DNA from: a virus
IMG/VR virus record: IMGVR_UViG_3300048909_000109
Length of the DNA stretch: 64,000 nucleotides
Reading direction: 5' to 3' (one strand)
Part shown: piece after piece, positions 37,571-47,084 of the stretch
How the letters are laid out: each line of letters begins with the position of its first letter
Numbering within the stretch: position 1 is the stretch's first letter
The notes under the pieces: generated by a model
The model's database searches: none
What the model was told of the DNA's origin: nothing
The model's input: only the letters and a program-made list of their open reading frames with translations
Made by a program: the position numbers and the translations under genes

Positions 37571-37732
37571 ATGGACTATGATGCTTTCTGCCGTCATCTT
37601 GCGAAGGCACTTCGTGAGTTCGGCAACATGCCCGAAGGAGCCCAGCCTCCTCAAAACGCGATCACCCTGTGGAAGGCAATCAATCACGGGCTCGAGCGCG
37701 TAGCTACTGCCCTCGAGAATAAAGGTCATTGA
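37571..37732 (+). CDS. Hypothetical protein
   Basis: GAGG RBS, 53 aa. Confidence 0.45.
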   Translation: MDYDAFCRHLAKALREFGNMPEGAQPPQNAITLWKAINHGLERVATALENKGH

Positions 37733-37757
37733 CATATAGCTCCTGCATAACGATAAT
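37729..37757 (+). promoter_or_regulatory. Sigma70 promoter
   Basis: TTGACA-17-GATAAT. Confidence 0.75.
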
Positions 37758-37783
37758 GAGGAGGTTATCAACAGGAGCCCACC

Positions 37784-37945
37784 ATGAAAACGACCTTGAA
37801 GTTCGAGCGCGACACCAAGAACACCAACGTCTTCAAGAACGACGACGAAGACGCCCCGATCCCTTCGCTCTATATCAGCAAGAAGGCGTTCGGGAAGAAG
37901 GACGCGCCCAAGTCGATCACTGTGGAAATCCCTGAAATCAAGTAG
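37784..37945 (+). CDS. 53-aa small beta-rich protein (not in ORF track)
   Basis: AGGAG RBS; MKTTLKFERDTKNTNVF...PSLYISKKAF...SITVEI. Confidence 0.65.
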   Translation: MKTTLKFERDTKNTNVFKNDDEDAPIPSLYISKKAFGKKDAPKSITVEIPEIK

Positions 37946-37986
37946 CCTCGGCTACCTGTAGAGGGACGTCTACAGAGGAGGCTCAA

Positions 37987-38091
37987 ATGGAGCCATCGTT
38001 AATGTTGTTCCTTGCCGCGATTGTGTTTGGCCTCGGCTTTGCCCTTGGCAGCGCAATCATGAATGGGCTGCTCGGGCTCATCAAGCGGTAA
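37987..38091 (+). CDS. 34-aa membrane peptide
   Basis: GAGGAGG RBS; one TM helix. Confidence 0.55.
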   Translation: MEPSLMLFLAAIVFGLGFALGSAIMNGLLGLIKR

Positions 38092-38142
38092 GTCAGGTGC
38101 GGGATCGGCTGTTCGTGCAGGCTCAGTCGGTCCCGCATTTTC

Positions 38143-39764
38143 ATGGAGTGCACAATGCGAGGCAGACGCCGGATCACGATTGTTCACGGGGCGGGAGCGG
38201 ATGTCAAGGAGTCTTTCACTCGCGGCGGCATCACCTACCATCTTCGGAAGGCCTCACTGTATCCACCGGTGAAGGGTGCAGTCGAGGCAGTTTATACGGT
38301 TTCTGGGGTCCCGGCCCAACCAAGGACAAGAACGGGGAGGATTACTCGTGCCAGGCGTCTCGCGAGTAGAACTGACGGGCAGTAAGCCTTTCATCGAGTT
38401 TCGCACCGACCTTGATCGGTACTTCGTCTGCTTCCCACGGGAGGGCGTCGAGCTGGTCATGGGCTTCGAGTGCAAGCATACAGCTAGGGAGATAGCTGCC
38501 AACGTGTGCGCGGGCACACCGTTCTTCACTGCGATCCCTGTGGTTCCATATAGGACAGAGTATCCTAGACCTTGGCTCGTATATCCCAAGGTAAGAGAAA
38601 TCCGGGATGCGATACACCTCGAGGTAGTTGACACCGGCACGTTAAAACGTTAGAAGGCTCGCGTCGCAATCATGCGACAGAAGGAGCCCCCTATGACGAC
38701 CACTGTAACCGTCAGAGCTCGTGCTCACGGAGCCACCGTCGAAGTCGATGGCGAGACGACCGAAGTCGCCCCGAACCGTGAACACAGCTTCCACATCGCC
38801 GAAGGGACCAAGTCCTTCTCGGTGACGCAGCCTGCCGAAGCGCCTGCATCCGAAGGTTTCGTCGATGAAGCCACCGGAACCGACAGCGCCGAAGTTCCCG
38901 GCCGCACTCAGAACGACGAACTGCTCGGTCAAGGCGGCAAGCGCAAGGCGCCGCAACCACCGACCGGCAATCAGTCGGGGGCAGGAGCCGCAGACCAGCA
39001 GGTCTAACGCACCTTCTACTCGACGAGGGGTCGCGGTCCCCCGCCTCCCAAGCCCACCGCGGCCCCTCACCGTCGGAGCATCCCATGAAAAAGAACAAGA
39101 TCCCCAAGTCAGCGATAACCGAAAAGCAGCTTCGGCGTTTGCTTAGGGAAGCGGCACGAGAGTCGACCCTTAGCTCATGGGCAACGGATAACGACATCAC
39201 GCCGCAAGCAGCCTCAGCCTTCATGCGTAAGGCTCAGACCGCAGGGTTGCAAATACCTGAGGCCCTAGGTTATTATCCTCAGACGATTTACCTGCCGCTC
39301 GACGAGGAACCTATCTCGACGAAGCCGCCGTCACGATCACCACCGCCAAAGAAAAAGAGACGCTAATGCCGCTGCTATTCTATGGTCGACTTGAGCACGG
39401 CGAACCGAGACAGCTCTACTCGAAGGATCTTCGACCGATTGAGAGCGAGGTATTCGACAACTACAAGGTCAAGCACCTTGCGCCGTATCACCAGCGATCA
39501 GACCTCGCGAACCTGTGGTGGTTTAAAGACCGCAATCATACAGCGGTATCCTGGAACGAGTGCCGGATCGACATCACCTTGCACCGCGGAATCATCGCCA
39601 ACGAGACGATGAAGTTCAAGGAGCAAACAATCTTCATCCCGCAACTGATCGGGCACATGGAAGCCTTGGAGATAATGCGGACCGAGTTCCCAGACTACTT
39701 GGTACCGGGCGCAATCGTCTTCAGGTTCAACAATCAAGATGGGGCATATAGATACCATGATTAA
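38143..39764 (+). other. Small hypothetical CDSs (38143-38385, ~38276-38653, 38693-39007, 39085-39366 HTH-like, 39366-39764)
   Basis: Successive plus-strand ORFs, some with RBSs. Confidence 0.5.
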
Positions 39765-40674
39765 GCGTCCCATGAAAGGAGTAGCCCTCGATGAGCTCTC
39801 GCAGGTTCAACTTCCGTGCTACGCATCGCCCAAGATTGATGGCTTCCGTTGCCTCGTCGGCCGTCAACCGCTTACCAGCCGTCTGGGACCCTTTCGCAAT
39901 CCGTTCGTTCGATCAGAGCTATCCAAGCTTTTTGATGGACCAGATCCTCTCCTCGATGGAGAGCTCGTCGTTGGGGATAAGCGGGGTAAAGGGGTTCTGC
40001 AACGCACTTCCTCCGGTGTCACGAATGGAGACGGCAAACCTGACTTCACCCTGTGGGTCTTCGATACCCCACAGCTTGGTTATGGCTTTAGAGACCGTTT
40101 ACAGCTCGCCGAGCAGATCGTTACCGACCTTGGTCATGACCGCATCAGGTTCCTACGACACAAGCTGCTATCCGACGCCGGCGAGCTTGAACGATATGCT
40201 AGCCGCTGTCTTGAACGTGGATATGAAGGCATCATTACACGCTCGATCCATGGGCCATATAAAGAAGGTAAGTCCACCTTAAGAGAGCAGTTCATGCTCA
40301 AGTATAAGCCATTCATCGACGCCGAAGGCCGGATCAAGGGATGGTTCGAGGAACAGGAGAATACCAATGAGGCGAAGCGCGATGCAACGGGCAAGCAAAA
40401 GAGGTCTTCATCCAAAGAAGGCAAGAAGCCTAAGGGAACTCTCGGAGGCTTTATCCTTGAGGATTGCTCGACTAAGGTCGAGGTCCGTGTCGGTGGAGGA
40501 TTTTCTGCTGAGCAACGACGCGAGCTGTGGAAGATCATACAGCGGGATCCTCTGGCGATTAAGAACAAGTTGGTTCGGTATAAAAAGCAGAAGGTGGGCG
40601 AGAAGGATAAGCCTCGCCATCCGAACTTCGTTGAGTTCGTCGACTTCCGGCCAGAGTGGGATTTCACAGAATAA
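39757..40674 (+). CDS. ATP-dependent DNA ligase (minimal phage type)
   Basis: SPKIDGFR (KxDG), DGELV, VFD, EGIITR, LKYKP, C-terminal OB fold. Confidence 0.9.
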   Translation: MIKRPMKGVALDELSQVQLPCYASPKIDGFRCLVGRQPLTSRLGPFRNPFVRSELSKLFDGPDPLLDGELVVGDKRGKGVLQRTSSGVTNGDGKPDFTLWVFDTPQLGYGFRDRLQLAEQIVTDLGHDRIRFLRHKLLSDAGELERYASRCLERGYEGIITRSIHGPYKEGKSTLREQFMLKYKPFIDAEGRIKGWFEEQENTNEAKRDATGKQKRSSSKEGKKPKGTLGGFILEDCSTKVEVRVGGGFSAEQRRELWKIIQRDPLAIKNKLVRYKKQKVGEKDKPRHPNFVEFVDFRPEWDFTE

Positions 40675-40738
40675 TCCAGTTGCTCCCGGGACGTCTTGGT
40701 CGCATAATCAACGCATCGAAACGCAACGGAGAACAAAC

Positions 40739-41895
40739 ATGCGGATGGTGATGATTAGCGACGAGGATGCAGTGCAGGTAGCGTCGATCCTGAACACTCA
40801 CGCAGAAATGCAGGATCAGCGTTCACTCGAGAACCTCGAGCTGATGAGCAGGCTGAATGTCGAGGAGCGACACGATCAGGACGCGCAACTGCTTGTGCTC
40901 GACCTGAAGGATCAGAACGAAACCTTCGACAACGACTGCGACAACCTCCGCCGCATCGCTAAGATCTTCATCTAGGGAGAATACAGTGCAAGCCTCACAA
41001 GCGTTACAGACGGTTCTCGGCCTCGCTCGAGAAATGGGTCAATATATGCAACCCGGAAAGAGCGAGGAGGAACAGAATATAGAGTTCGCCAAGCGCGACG
41101 AAGCGATTAAGCTCTGCGAACAGATCCTCACGGTCGCCGTTCCTATCGCACGGTTCCGTTGCTATGTGACTGTGGAACAGGTCAGTCCGAAAGCGAAGAT
41201 CGGACTCGGTGACTACGCAATCTCCGGCGTCGATATTTCCGCAATCAAGAACGGCCTAATAGGCCTGAGCATGGAATACTGCAACGTCTACATTCAGCTG
41301 TGGGAACACCGCGAAGAGGGCAAGTTCGATATGCTCTGCGGTTACCAGGGACAGACGAAGAACCTCGGCTTCAGGAATTGGCTGAAGGACATCGACCGTC
41401 ATCAAGCCGAGAAGCCCACCAACGCTATTCAGATGAACGGCAATGGCCCGTCGCAGTCGTAAGGAGCGCGAAGCCGCTAAGAAGGCTGATCCCTTTGAGC
41501 GCGTTCGACTGAAGAAGCTAAGAGCAGCAGAACGACGCGCAGAACGTAAACGCCGCAAGGAAGCAGGCGAGGAGGTTTCACCTCGAAAGCGTGAGGCACC
41601 TCGTCAACAAGCGTGGCATGATCCGCTCGGTCTTGAGTGGTTGCATCGCAACGGTATCCGCATGGCGGCAAACAAGATCATGAACGACAGCTATCGTGAG
41701 CCGGCGCCGTTCTGGTTATCCGTGCCAAAGGATCCTCGGCCTCCACAGACGGATTTCTATCCGTGCCGAAGCTTCGAGCGTGGTGATCGGATCTGGTATG
41801 GCTTCCTATTTCGAGCACATCGAGACGAACAGCTCGAGCGATGGGCTAATCCCGAAGCACACAAGGAATTGACGCAAGACGCCCGAGGTCGTTGA
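40739..41895 (+). other. Three hypothetical CDSs (40739-40975, 40986-41462, 41443-41895)
   Basis: Upstream TTGCTC-17-CATAAT promoter (40680-40708); GGAG RBSs. Confidence 0.55.
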
Positions 41896-42005
41896 ACCCG
41901 TCATTGCGTCGTCATCGATCAATGCACGTTGAACACGCGTTCTAAGGCATCCAAAACGTCGATTTTGGGCGCCTTAGGCGCGTTTTCGAGGTCATCGACG
42001 CGTCA

Positions 42006-42392
42006 TCATGCGTTGCGTCGTCGCGTTTTCGCCTTGGACTGATTTTTCGCTATCCGCTGTTGCACCTGTGCGCCTTTATGCCACTTCTCGAAGCGTTGCA
42101 TCTTCTTTTCGACGCGAGTGGCGATCATCTTTCGCTCCCGCTTGCTCAGATTATGCTCACCGACGAAGCGGATCGAGGCTATCACATCAGCCATCTCCTC
42201 GATCATGGCCTTTCGGAGGTCACCGGACCAGTGATCGGTGCCACCTTGGATCATCATGAGCTTTCCTTGCGTCTGGGTGATCTTCCCAAGCGACTTCATG
42301 AGGATCACGAGTGGCAAGACTTCCTGCAGCTCTCCGCATTCTTCAACCATCTTGGCAATACCCGGCCAATCTTTATCCGAAAAGGCAAACAT
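42006..42392 (-). CDS. MazG-like nucleotide pyrophosphohydrolase
   Basis: EECGEL...EEMADV motifs; GGAGG RBS. Confidence 0.75.
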   Translation of the reverse strand: MFAFSDKDWPGIAKMVEECGELQEVLPLVILMKSLGKITQTQGKLMMIQGGTDHWSGDLRKAMIEEMADVIASIRFVGEHNLSKRERKMIATRVEKKMQRFEKWHKGAQVQQRIAKNQSKAKTRRRNA

Positions 42393-42439
42393 GCTTCCTC
42401 CTGTGGCATAGATGACTACATCATATCACGCGCACGAAA

Positions 42440-42476
42440 TCTCTTAAATCCCCGCCTGGTATAACTATAGCCATTG
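42440..42476 (+). promoter_or_regulatory. Late-type promoter motif shared with the portal promoter
   Basis: TCTCTTAA-N11-GTATAA(C)TATAGCCATTG; 28/37 identical to 48734-48770. Confidence 0.65.
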
Positions 42477-42495
42477 TTCGTAACAGTTAGCCGGG

Positions 42496-43017
42496 GTGGG
42501 AAACCGAGACCAGATGGGAAATGATATGCTTATCGTCGAGATGAAGCGACACTTCGAAGTTCGAGCTATCGAATGGTGGAGTGCCTCTTGCCTTCTCGCA
42601 TGGGGATCCATTGTTCTCCTTATGCCAGGCCTGTTCGTTCGTCCAGAGTATCAGGCATTCTTTCAACCTTTAACCAATTGGGCTCCACAACCAGTGTGGG
42701 GCATGTTCGCCTTTGTTATGGGCGGTTCGAGGCTAGTTGCCTTGACAGTGAACGGCTTTTGGTGCCGAACACCTCAAATAAGACTACTGACCTCTTTTCT
42801 GTCTGTATGCGTGTGGTTCTTCATCGCTGCCGGCATGTTTAGGTCAGGTGCCGTCTTAGGCATCATCATTTATGGATGGCACATGCTCGCAGATATCTAC
42901 TCATCCTTCCGCTCGGCAGCTGATGTCGTGGAAGCGGAGGCTACCAGAAGGCTGCGTGAGCTCACTCCTGTTGGGTCCGAGGAGCAGTCCAATGTTCGCA
43001 GCCTTACAGGGCGCTAA
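42496..43017 (+). CDS. Multi-pass membrane protein (holin-like candidate)
   Basis: About four hydrophobic segments. Confidence 0.6.
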   Translation: MGNRDQMGNDMLIVEMKRHFEVRAIEWWSASCLLAWGSIVLLMPGLFVRPEYQAFFQPLTNWAPQPVWGMFAFVMGGSRLVALTVNGFWCRTPQIRLLTSFLSVCVWFFIAAGMFRSGAVLGIIIYGWHMLADIYSSFRSAADVVEAEATRRLRELTPVGSEEQSNVRSLTGR

Positions 43018-43285
43018 TGTCGACTGGAACGTAGTCGCCGGGGCCGTTGCTACATTTGTGGTGACGGCCGTAGCGACGGCCTTTGGCTTTCGCAAGGGGT
43101 TCAAACGACTGCACGAGAAGAAGACCGACCAACTTCACATCGCCGGCGCTACCTTGATGGACAACATGAGCATGACCTTGCTCACAGAAGCCATCCGAGA
43201 AAACACCGAGGTTCAGCGACAGATCTTTGGCTGTATGCTTGAGATTAAAGTCATGCTGAACCTCGGTCTTGGTAAAAAAGGTTGA
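42992..43285 (+). CDS. Single-TM plus coiled-coil protein (holin/antiholin-like)
   Basis: GAGGAG RBS before ATG 42992. Confidence 0.55.
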   Translation: MFAALQGANVDWNVVAGAVATFVVTAVATAFGFRKGFKRLHEKKTDQLHIAGATLMDNMSMTLLTEAIRENTEVQRQIFGCMLEIKVMLNLGLGKKG

Positions 43286-43293
43286 CAATGGTT

Positions 43294-43791
43294 CTAGCGT
43301 CGCTTAGACTGAAGAGGTCGGGGGCGCAAATCTTCCGACAGGAACCGCGGGTGCTTGGGTTCGGCGTTTAGAGCGAGCTCCAAACACATCAGTTGCAGGC
43401 CAGCTTCGTCTGCTACAACCCTTATCTGGGCCCCGCGTTCCTTATGTTTTACTCCCCACGCGCAGACGACGGGGATCTTCTTCCGCACCGCAAACATGAA
43501 GATCGTGCGGATCCACCAATCATTCGCCTTGCCCACAGCATCCTTCATCACCTGTGGAAGGTTTTCTGGTCTCGATGACCTGAACGCGTAGATATTCAAG
43601 ACGAGTACCGCGCCGTAACCCCACTTCTTCGAGTAGCGAATGATCTTTAGGATCGTGGGATCATTCTTCTGGTGATCGGCGGTCGATGGGTTCATCATGA
43701 TCCAGATGATGAGCGGCAGATGCGCCGCCCAACACCTGAACAACCACCACCGGTACTTCTTGTCGGAACTGATACCGGCTTCAGAAATCAT
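43294..43791 (-). CDS. DUF1643 family protein
   Basis: YRWWLFRCW, MMNPSTAD..NDPT, NIYAFRS, CAWG, PKHP. Confidence 0.85.
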   Translation of the reverse strand: MISEAGISSDKKYRWWLFRCWAAHLPLIIWIMMNPSTADHQKNDPTILKIIRYSKKWGYGAVLVLNIYAFRSSRPENLPQVMKDAVGKANDWWIRTIFMFAVRKKIPVVCAWGVKHKERGAQIRVVADEAGLQLMCLELALNAEPKHPRFLSEDLRPRPLQSKRR

Positions 43792-44735
43792 GCGAGTAGT
43801 CCGGGAACAAAGTCTTCCATGATTGCTTCACTCGGGATCGTCTTGCGGTGCTGGATCCAACCAGTGAAGTTTCCATGAAGCTCAGGCCGACGCCATGTCT
43901 TGAAGTCACCGCCGATCAGTTCATCAGGAGTTGCCTGATGCTCAGCAGGCGATGCGTGAACGGGACTGCTGATAACCAACTTCTCATAACGTGCCCGCTC
44001 AGCCTGATGATCCGCTTGACCGTCGAACGGTTTATAGGACAATCTCGCACACCGAGCTGTGGAAAGCATGAGTGCATCGGACTTGGCATACCAATCAAAG
44101 AGACTTACTCCAGAGCATGCTCGCCGAGTTTCCTCACCATCGTCCCATGCACTACGGATAAGTTCTGCAATCTCGTCCTGGTCAACGTAAGGCAGATGCC
44201 ACTCGCCGGGCTGCAGAAGCACAGGAGTTGACTGTGTCATGGCATACTTCATTGACCGAGCAAGCTCATCGAACTCCGGTTGAGCATACTCACTAATCCG
44301 TAATGTCCAGAAATTCTCCCAGTAGGTTGCAGTCACCAGAACATCAATCCAGCCGAACCATTCCAGTGGACGATTGGCGTGTTGCTTGTGCATCCCCTCG
44401 TTAGACCACCGCTCGACGTACTCGCGACAGATAGCCGCAAGGTCTTGCCACTCGTTGCGCCACTTCATCTGCAAGTCGTCAGGTGCAACGATGTCCGATT
44501 GCATGCCCGGCTTGTTCATGCCGAACACGGGGATGAAGATGGGTTCGGTCAACAGGATCCTTGAAGGCACAGCCCGACTTGATCGAGCGTTACGACTAAA
44601 GACCCGATGCGTCATGAGCTCAGCATGGATAGCTCGCCAGTAGCGAAGATGGAACGTCGTGATCCGGATGCCCTGTGGGCTTATACTGTCGGCAACTATC
44701 TTCGCAAATCCTTCGGAGGCCATGGAAAGTGCCAT
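43788..44735 (-). CDS. thyX: Flavin-dependent thymidylate synthase (ThyX-like, phage type); start 44735 or 44723
   Basis: IVADS, IHAELMTHRVFSRNARSSRAVP, HKQHANRPLEWF, STARCARLSY, HASPAEHQA. Confidence 0.8.
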   Translation of the reverse strand: MALSMASEGFAKIVADSISPQGIRITTFHLRYWRAIHAELMTHRVFSRNARSSRAVPSRILLTEPIFIPVFGMNKPGMQSDIVAPDDLQMKWRNEWQDLAAICREYVERWSNEGMHKQHANRPLEWFGWIDVLVTATYWENFWTLRISEYAQPEFDELARSMKYAMTQSTPVLLQPGEWHLPYVDQDEIAELIRSAWDDGEETRRACSGVSLFDWYAKSDALMLSTARCARLSYKPFDGQADHQAERARYEKLVISSPVHASPAEHQATPDELIGGDFKTWRRPELHGNFTGWIQHRKTIPSEAIMEDFVPGLLA

Positions 44736-44935
44736 CGGCCTTTCGCATCCGCTTTGGACATGCGCCGCTCCCACTCCTTCCGGAGCTCGCGATCCTTCCT
44801 CGTTTGTGGTATGTCCTTCCATATCCATTTTCCTTTCTTTGATGCAACTGCTTCACGAAGTCCTTTGAGGCCCGTTGTTCGAGGTGGCCCCATCCAGCCA
44901 CCGGGTGGCGGCTTATCCCGTTTCTCTTTAGCCAT
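44696..44935 (-). CDS. Basic hypothetical protein
   Basis: AGGAG RBS, 79 aa. Confidence 0.5.
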   Translation of the reverse strand: MAKEKRDKPPPGGWMGPPRTTGLKGLREAVASKKGKWIWKDIPQTRKDRELRKEWERRMSKADAKGRWHFPWPPKDLRR

Positions 44936-45026
44936 TGACGGCACTCCTGGTGAATGATACGATGGTGGAACCATTTACGCTGACGAGCGTTGTGGCATTT
45001 GAGGGATCGATCCGAGGAGGAATGAT

Positions 45027-45497
45027 ATGAGTACTTTCAGTGGTGATAACGTCGGTGCCGGCAAGCAGAACTTGTCGTCGGTCGACAAGGACAATCCGAG
45101 CAAGGAGGAAATCGACAACGCCTCCAAGACGTCGGCTGACGGTGGTCCGATCCAGGACGACCCGCGCAACCCGAATGAGCCGAACGCAACTCTGACCGAG
45201 TCTGCGTCGGAAACCGAAGATCGCCACGTCGCTTCGACCGAATTGCCGGTCAAGGATGTGACGGATCCTTCGACGCAGGCCGATACGGCTGTTGCCGATG
45301 ACGCCGGCGAGAACATCGTTCCGGGTGCTGCGGTCGGGCCCGATCCGGCTGGCGTCGTTCGCAACGATCATGGTCGCGTCGCTTATGCCCCTCCGGGCTC
45401 CTATGATGCCGCGATGAACGGTGTCCAGGAAGATGCGGCCGGTTTCGTCGACTCTGTCGGCACGGACAACTCGTCGAAGTCCGGTACTCGCGTCTAG
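45027..45497 (+). CDS. Acidic low-complexity protein in its own transcription unit
   Basis: TTGACG-17-TACGAT (44935-44963), GAGGAGG RBS, terminator 45527-45566. Confidence 0.7.
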   Translation: MSTFSGDNVGAGKQNLSSVDKDNPSKEEIDNASKTSADGGPIQDDPRNPNEPNATLTESASETEDRHVASTELPVKDVTDPSTQADTAVADDAGENIVPGAAVGPDPAGVVRNDHGRVAYAPPGSYDAAMNGVQEDAAGFVDSVGTDNSSKSGTRV

Positions 45498-45526
45498 TAG
45501 TCCCTTCACCCCTGGAGGGACACGGA

Positions 45527-45566
45527 AAGGTCGGTGACCATGCCCCCGGTCGCCGGCCTTTTTGTT
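45527..45566 (+). terminator. Intrinsic terminator
   Basis: AAGGTCGGTGACC/GGTCGCCGGCCTT stem plus TTTTTGTT. Confidence 0.75.
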
Positions 45567-45771
45567 ACCATCTGCGACGATACGGATAGTCCCATCCGGA
45601 CATTGCAGATCCCCACCCCTTAACGCGATATTCGACAAAGCCGTCTCGGTCAGCGGTGACCTTATACCGAATGAGGGTGAGACCTTTGCGCTCGATGACC
45701 TCAAGAACCTTGACGACATAACCCTTACCATATCCCCGGTTGACAATCTCATAGGCTTCTTGCTTGGTCAC
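45565..45771 (-). CDS. Hypothetical protein
   Basis: 68 aa, coupled to the upstream gene. Confidence 0.45.
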   Translation of the reverse strand: MTKQEAYEIVNRGYGKGYVVKVLEVIERKGLTLIRYKVTADRDGFVEYRVKGWGSAMSGWDYPYRRRW

Positions 45772-46490
45772 TTCTTGGCTTTCTTCTTCAGGTTGGCCTC
45801 GATCAGCTTGCGAGCCTCCTTCAACTCTTTGCTGTCCTTAGGCCACATCCAGCCGATGTCGGGCTTCTTCAGTCCCGATGCTCTGAGCGCTACTCGGACT
45901 TCGCGTCCTTCGAGCTTAAGTTCCTTGGCGATGTCGATTGCTGAGATGAAGCCTGATTTATCAACCTTTGCTTTAGGTTCCTTAGGAGTTCGAGCTGCTC
46001 CTCGCTTAGACTTGCTCTTGGTTGCACCGTCACCAAGCGTCTCATTGGTTCCGTCTGTGCGTTCCTCGTTATCATCTTTCTTCGCCGCCTCATGAGTGCC
46101 GTACTTGAAGCGCAGCACCTGTTGCTTCATCTGCTCATCCTGCCAAACCTTCTCGGCCTCCGAGCATTTATAGTCGAGGATCTTCTGCAGGTCGTCACCG
46201 AACATGCTGATCCGGACACCACCTGTGGTCTTGATGCACTTACGCTTGCCGATGGGATCGATCCACTCGAAACCATCGTTGTGAATAAGGGTTGAGATAA
46301 AGTGTTGTGCTGCATACTCGGCCGCGAACTTTAGCACGAGCACTCGCGCATAAGGATCACCTTCTCGCTGCAGGTCAGCATACACTACGAAAGGATCACG
46401 ACCATTAGCGGCGTATGCGGGCTTTAGCTTCGCACCTGAGGACTTCACTTCCTCTTTACCACTCTCATGGGATTTTCTTGTTCGTGCCAT
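45768..46490 (-). CDS. HTH-Trp family protein; paralog of 25527-26024
   Basis: FVVYA...LRFKYGT...IDIAKELKLEGREVRVALR...GWMWP; promoter TTGATC-17-TATTAT (46519-46547, minus). Confidence 0.75.
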   Translation of the reverse strand: MARTRKSHESGKEEVKSSGAKLKPAYAANGRDPFVVYADLQREGDPYARVLVLKFAAEYAAQHFISTLIHNDGFEWIDPIGKRKCIKTTGGVRISMFGDDLQKILDYKCSEAEKVWQDEQMKQQVLRFKYGTHEAAKKDDNEERTDGTNETLGDGATKSKSKRGAARTPKEPKAKVDKSGFISAIDIAKELKLEGREVRVALRASGLKKPDIGWMWPKDSKELKEARKLIEANLKKKAKK

Positions 46491-46553
46491 GTATCACTCC
46501 TCGATGGGGAATGACTACATAATATCTTCAACGCGTCGAAAGATCAACCGTCC

Positions 46554-47084
46554 ATGTCTCGTTTCGTCCGCACCTTCAGATCCAGGAAGATCTTCCTTGA
46601 TTGCCTAGCCGCGGGTGACTCAATCTCGAAAGCAGCGATGGCCGCCGGAGCGACGACTTCAATCATGAAGCGTTGGCGAGCCGACGATGCTAACTTCGCT
46701 GCTGACTGGGACGAAGCAATCGAAGACGGCACCGACTTCATCGAGGACGTTGCAACAGAACGTGCTCTGAAGAAATCCGATCCACTTATGTTGGCCATTC
46801 TCAAGGCTCGACGTCCCGACAAGTTTGACAGGGCGAACAAGCTTGAGCTGAGCGGAGGAATTGATGTTACGGGCGCCCGAGCGAGATTGCTCAATAAGAT
46901 TGCGCGGCTCCAGGCTGAAGGGGCAGTTCCCACAGGCGGCGGTGAAGAAAAGTCTGAAGTACTTGAGGCGGAAGCCCCCAAGGCCGTCAAGCTCCTCCCG
47001 CCGCCCGAACCCGGCAATCTTCATGAGCGGGGACGAAAGCGGCGAGCAGCTGAACAAGGTAATCGACGGAAAGCTGCTTCGTAG
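46554..47084 (+). CDS. terS: Terminase small subunit
   Basis: FLDCLAAGDSISKAA..AG HTH, FAADWDEA, LKARRPDKF; precedes TerL. Confidence 0.85.
   Translation: MSRFVRTFRSRKIFLDCLAAGDSISKAAMAAGATTSIMKRWRADDANFAADWDEAIEDGTDFIEDVATERALKKSDPLMLAILKARRPDKFDRANKLELSGGIDVTGARARLLNKIARLQAEGAVPTGGGEEKSEVLEAEAPKAVKLLPPPEPGNLHERGRKRRAAEQGNRRKAAS

Noticed and set aside
41942-41977. Long imperfect palindrome CTAAGGC...GCCTTAG between convergent genes
   Set aside because: Most simply a bidirectional terminator or processing stem; no further copies seen
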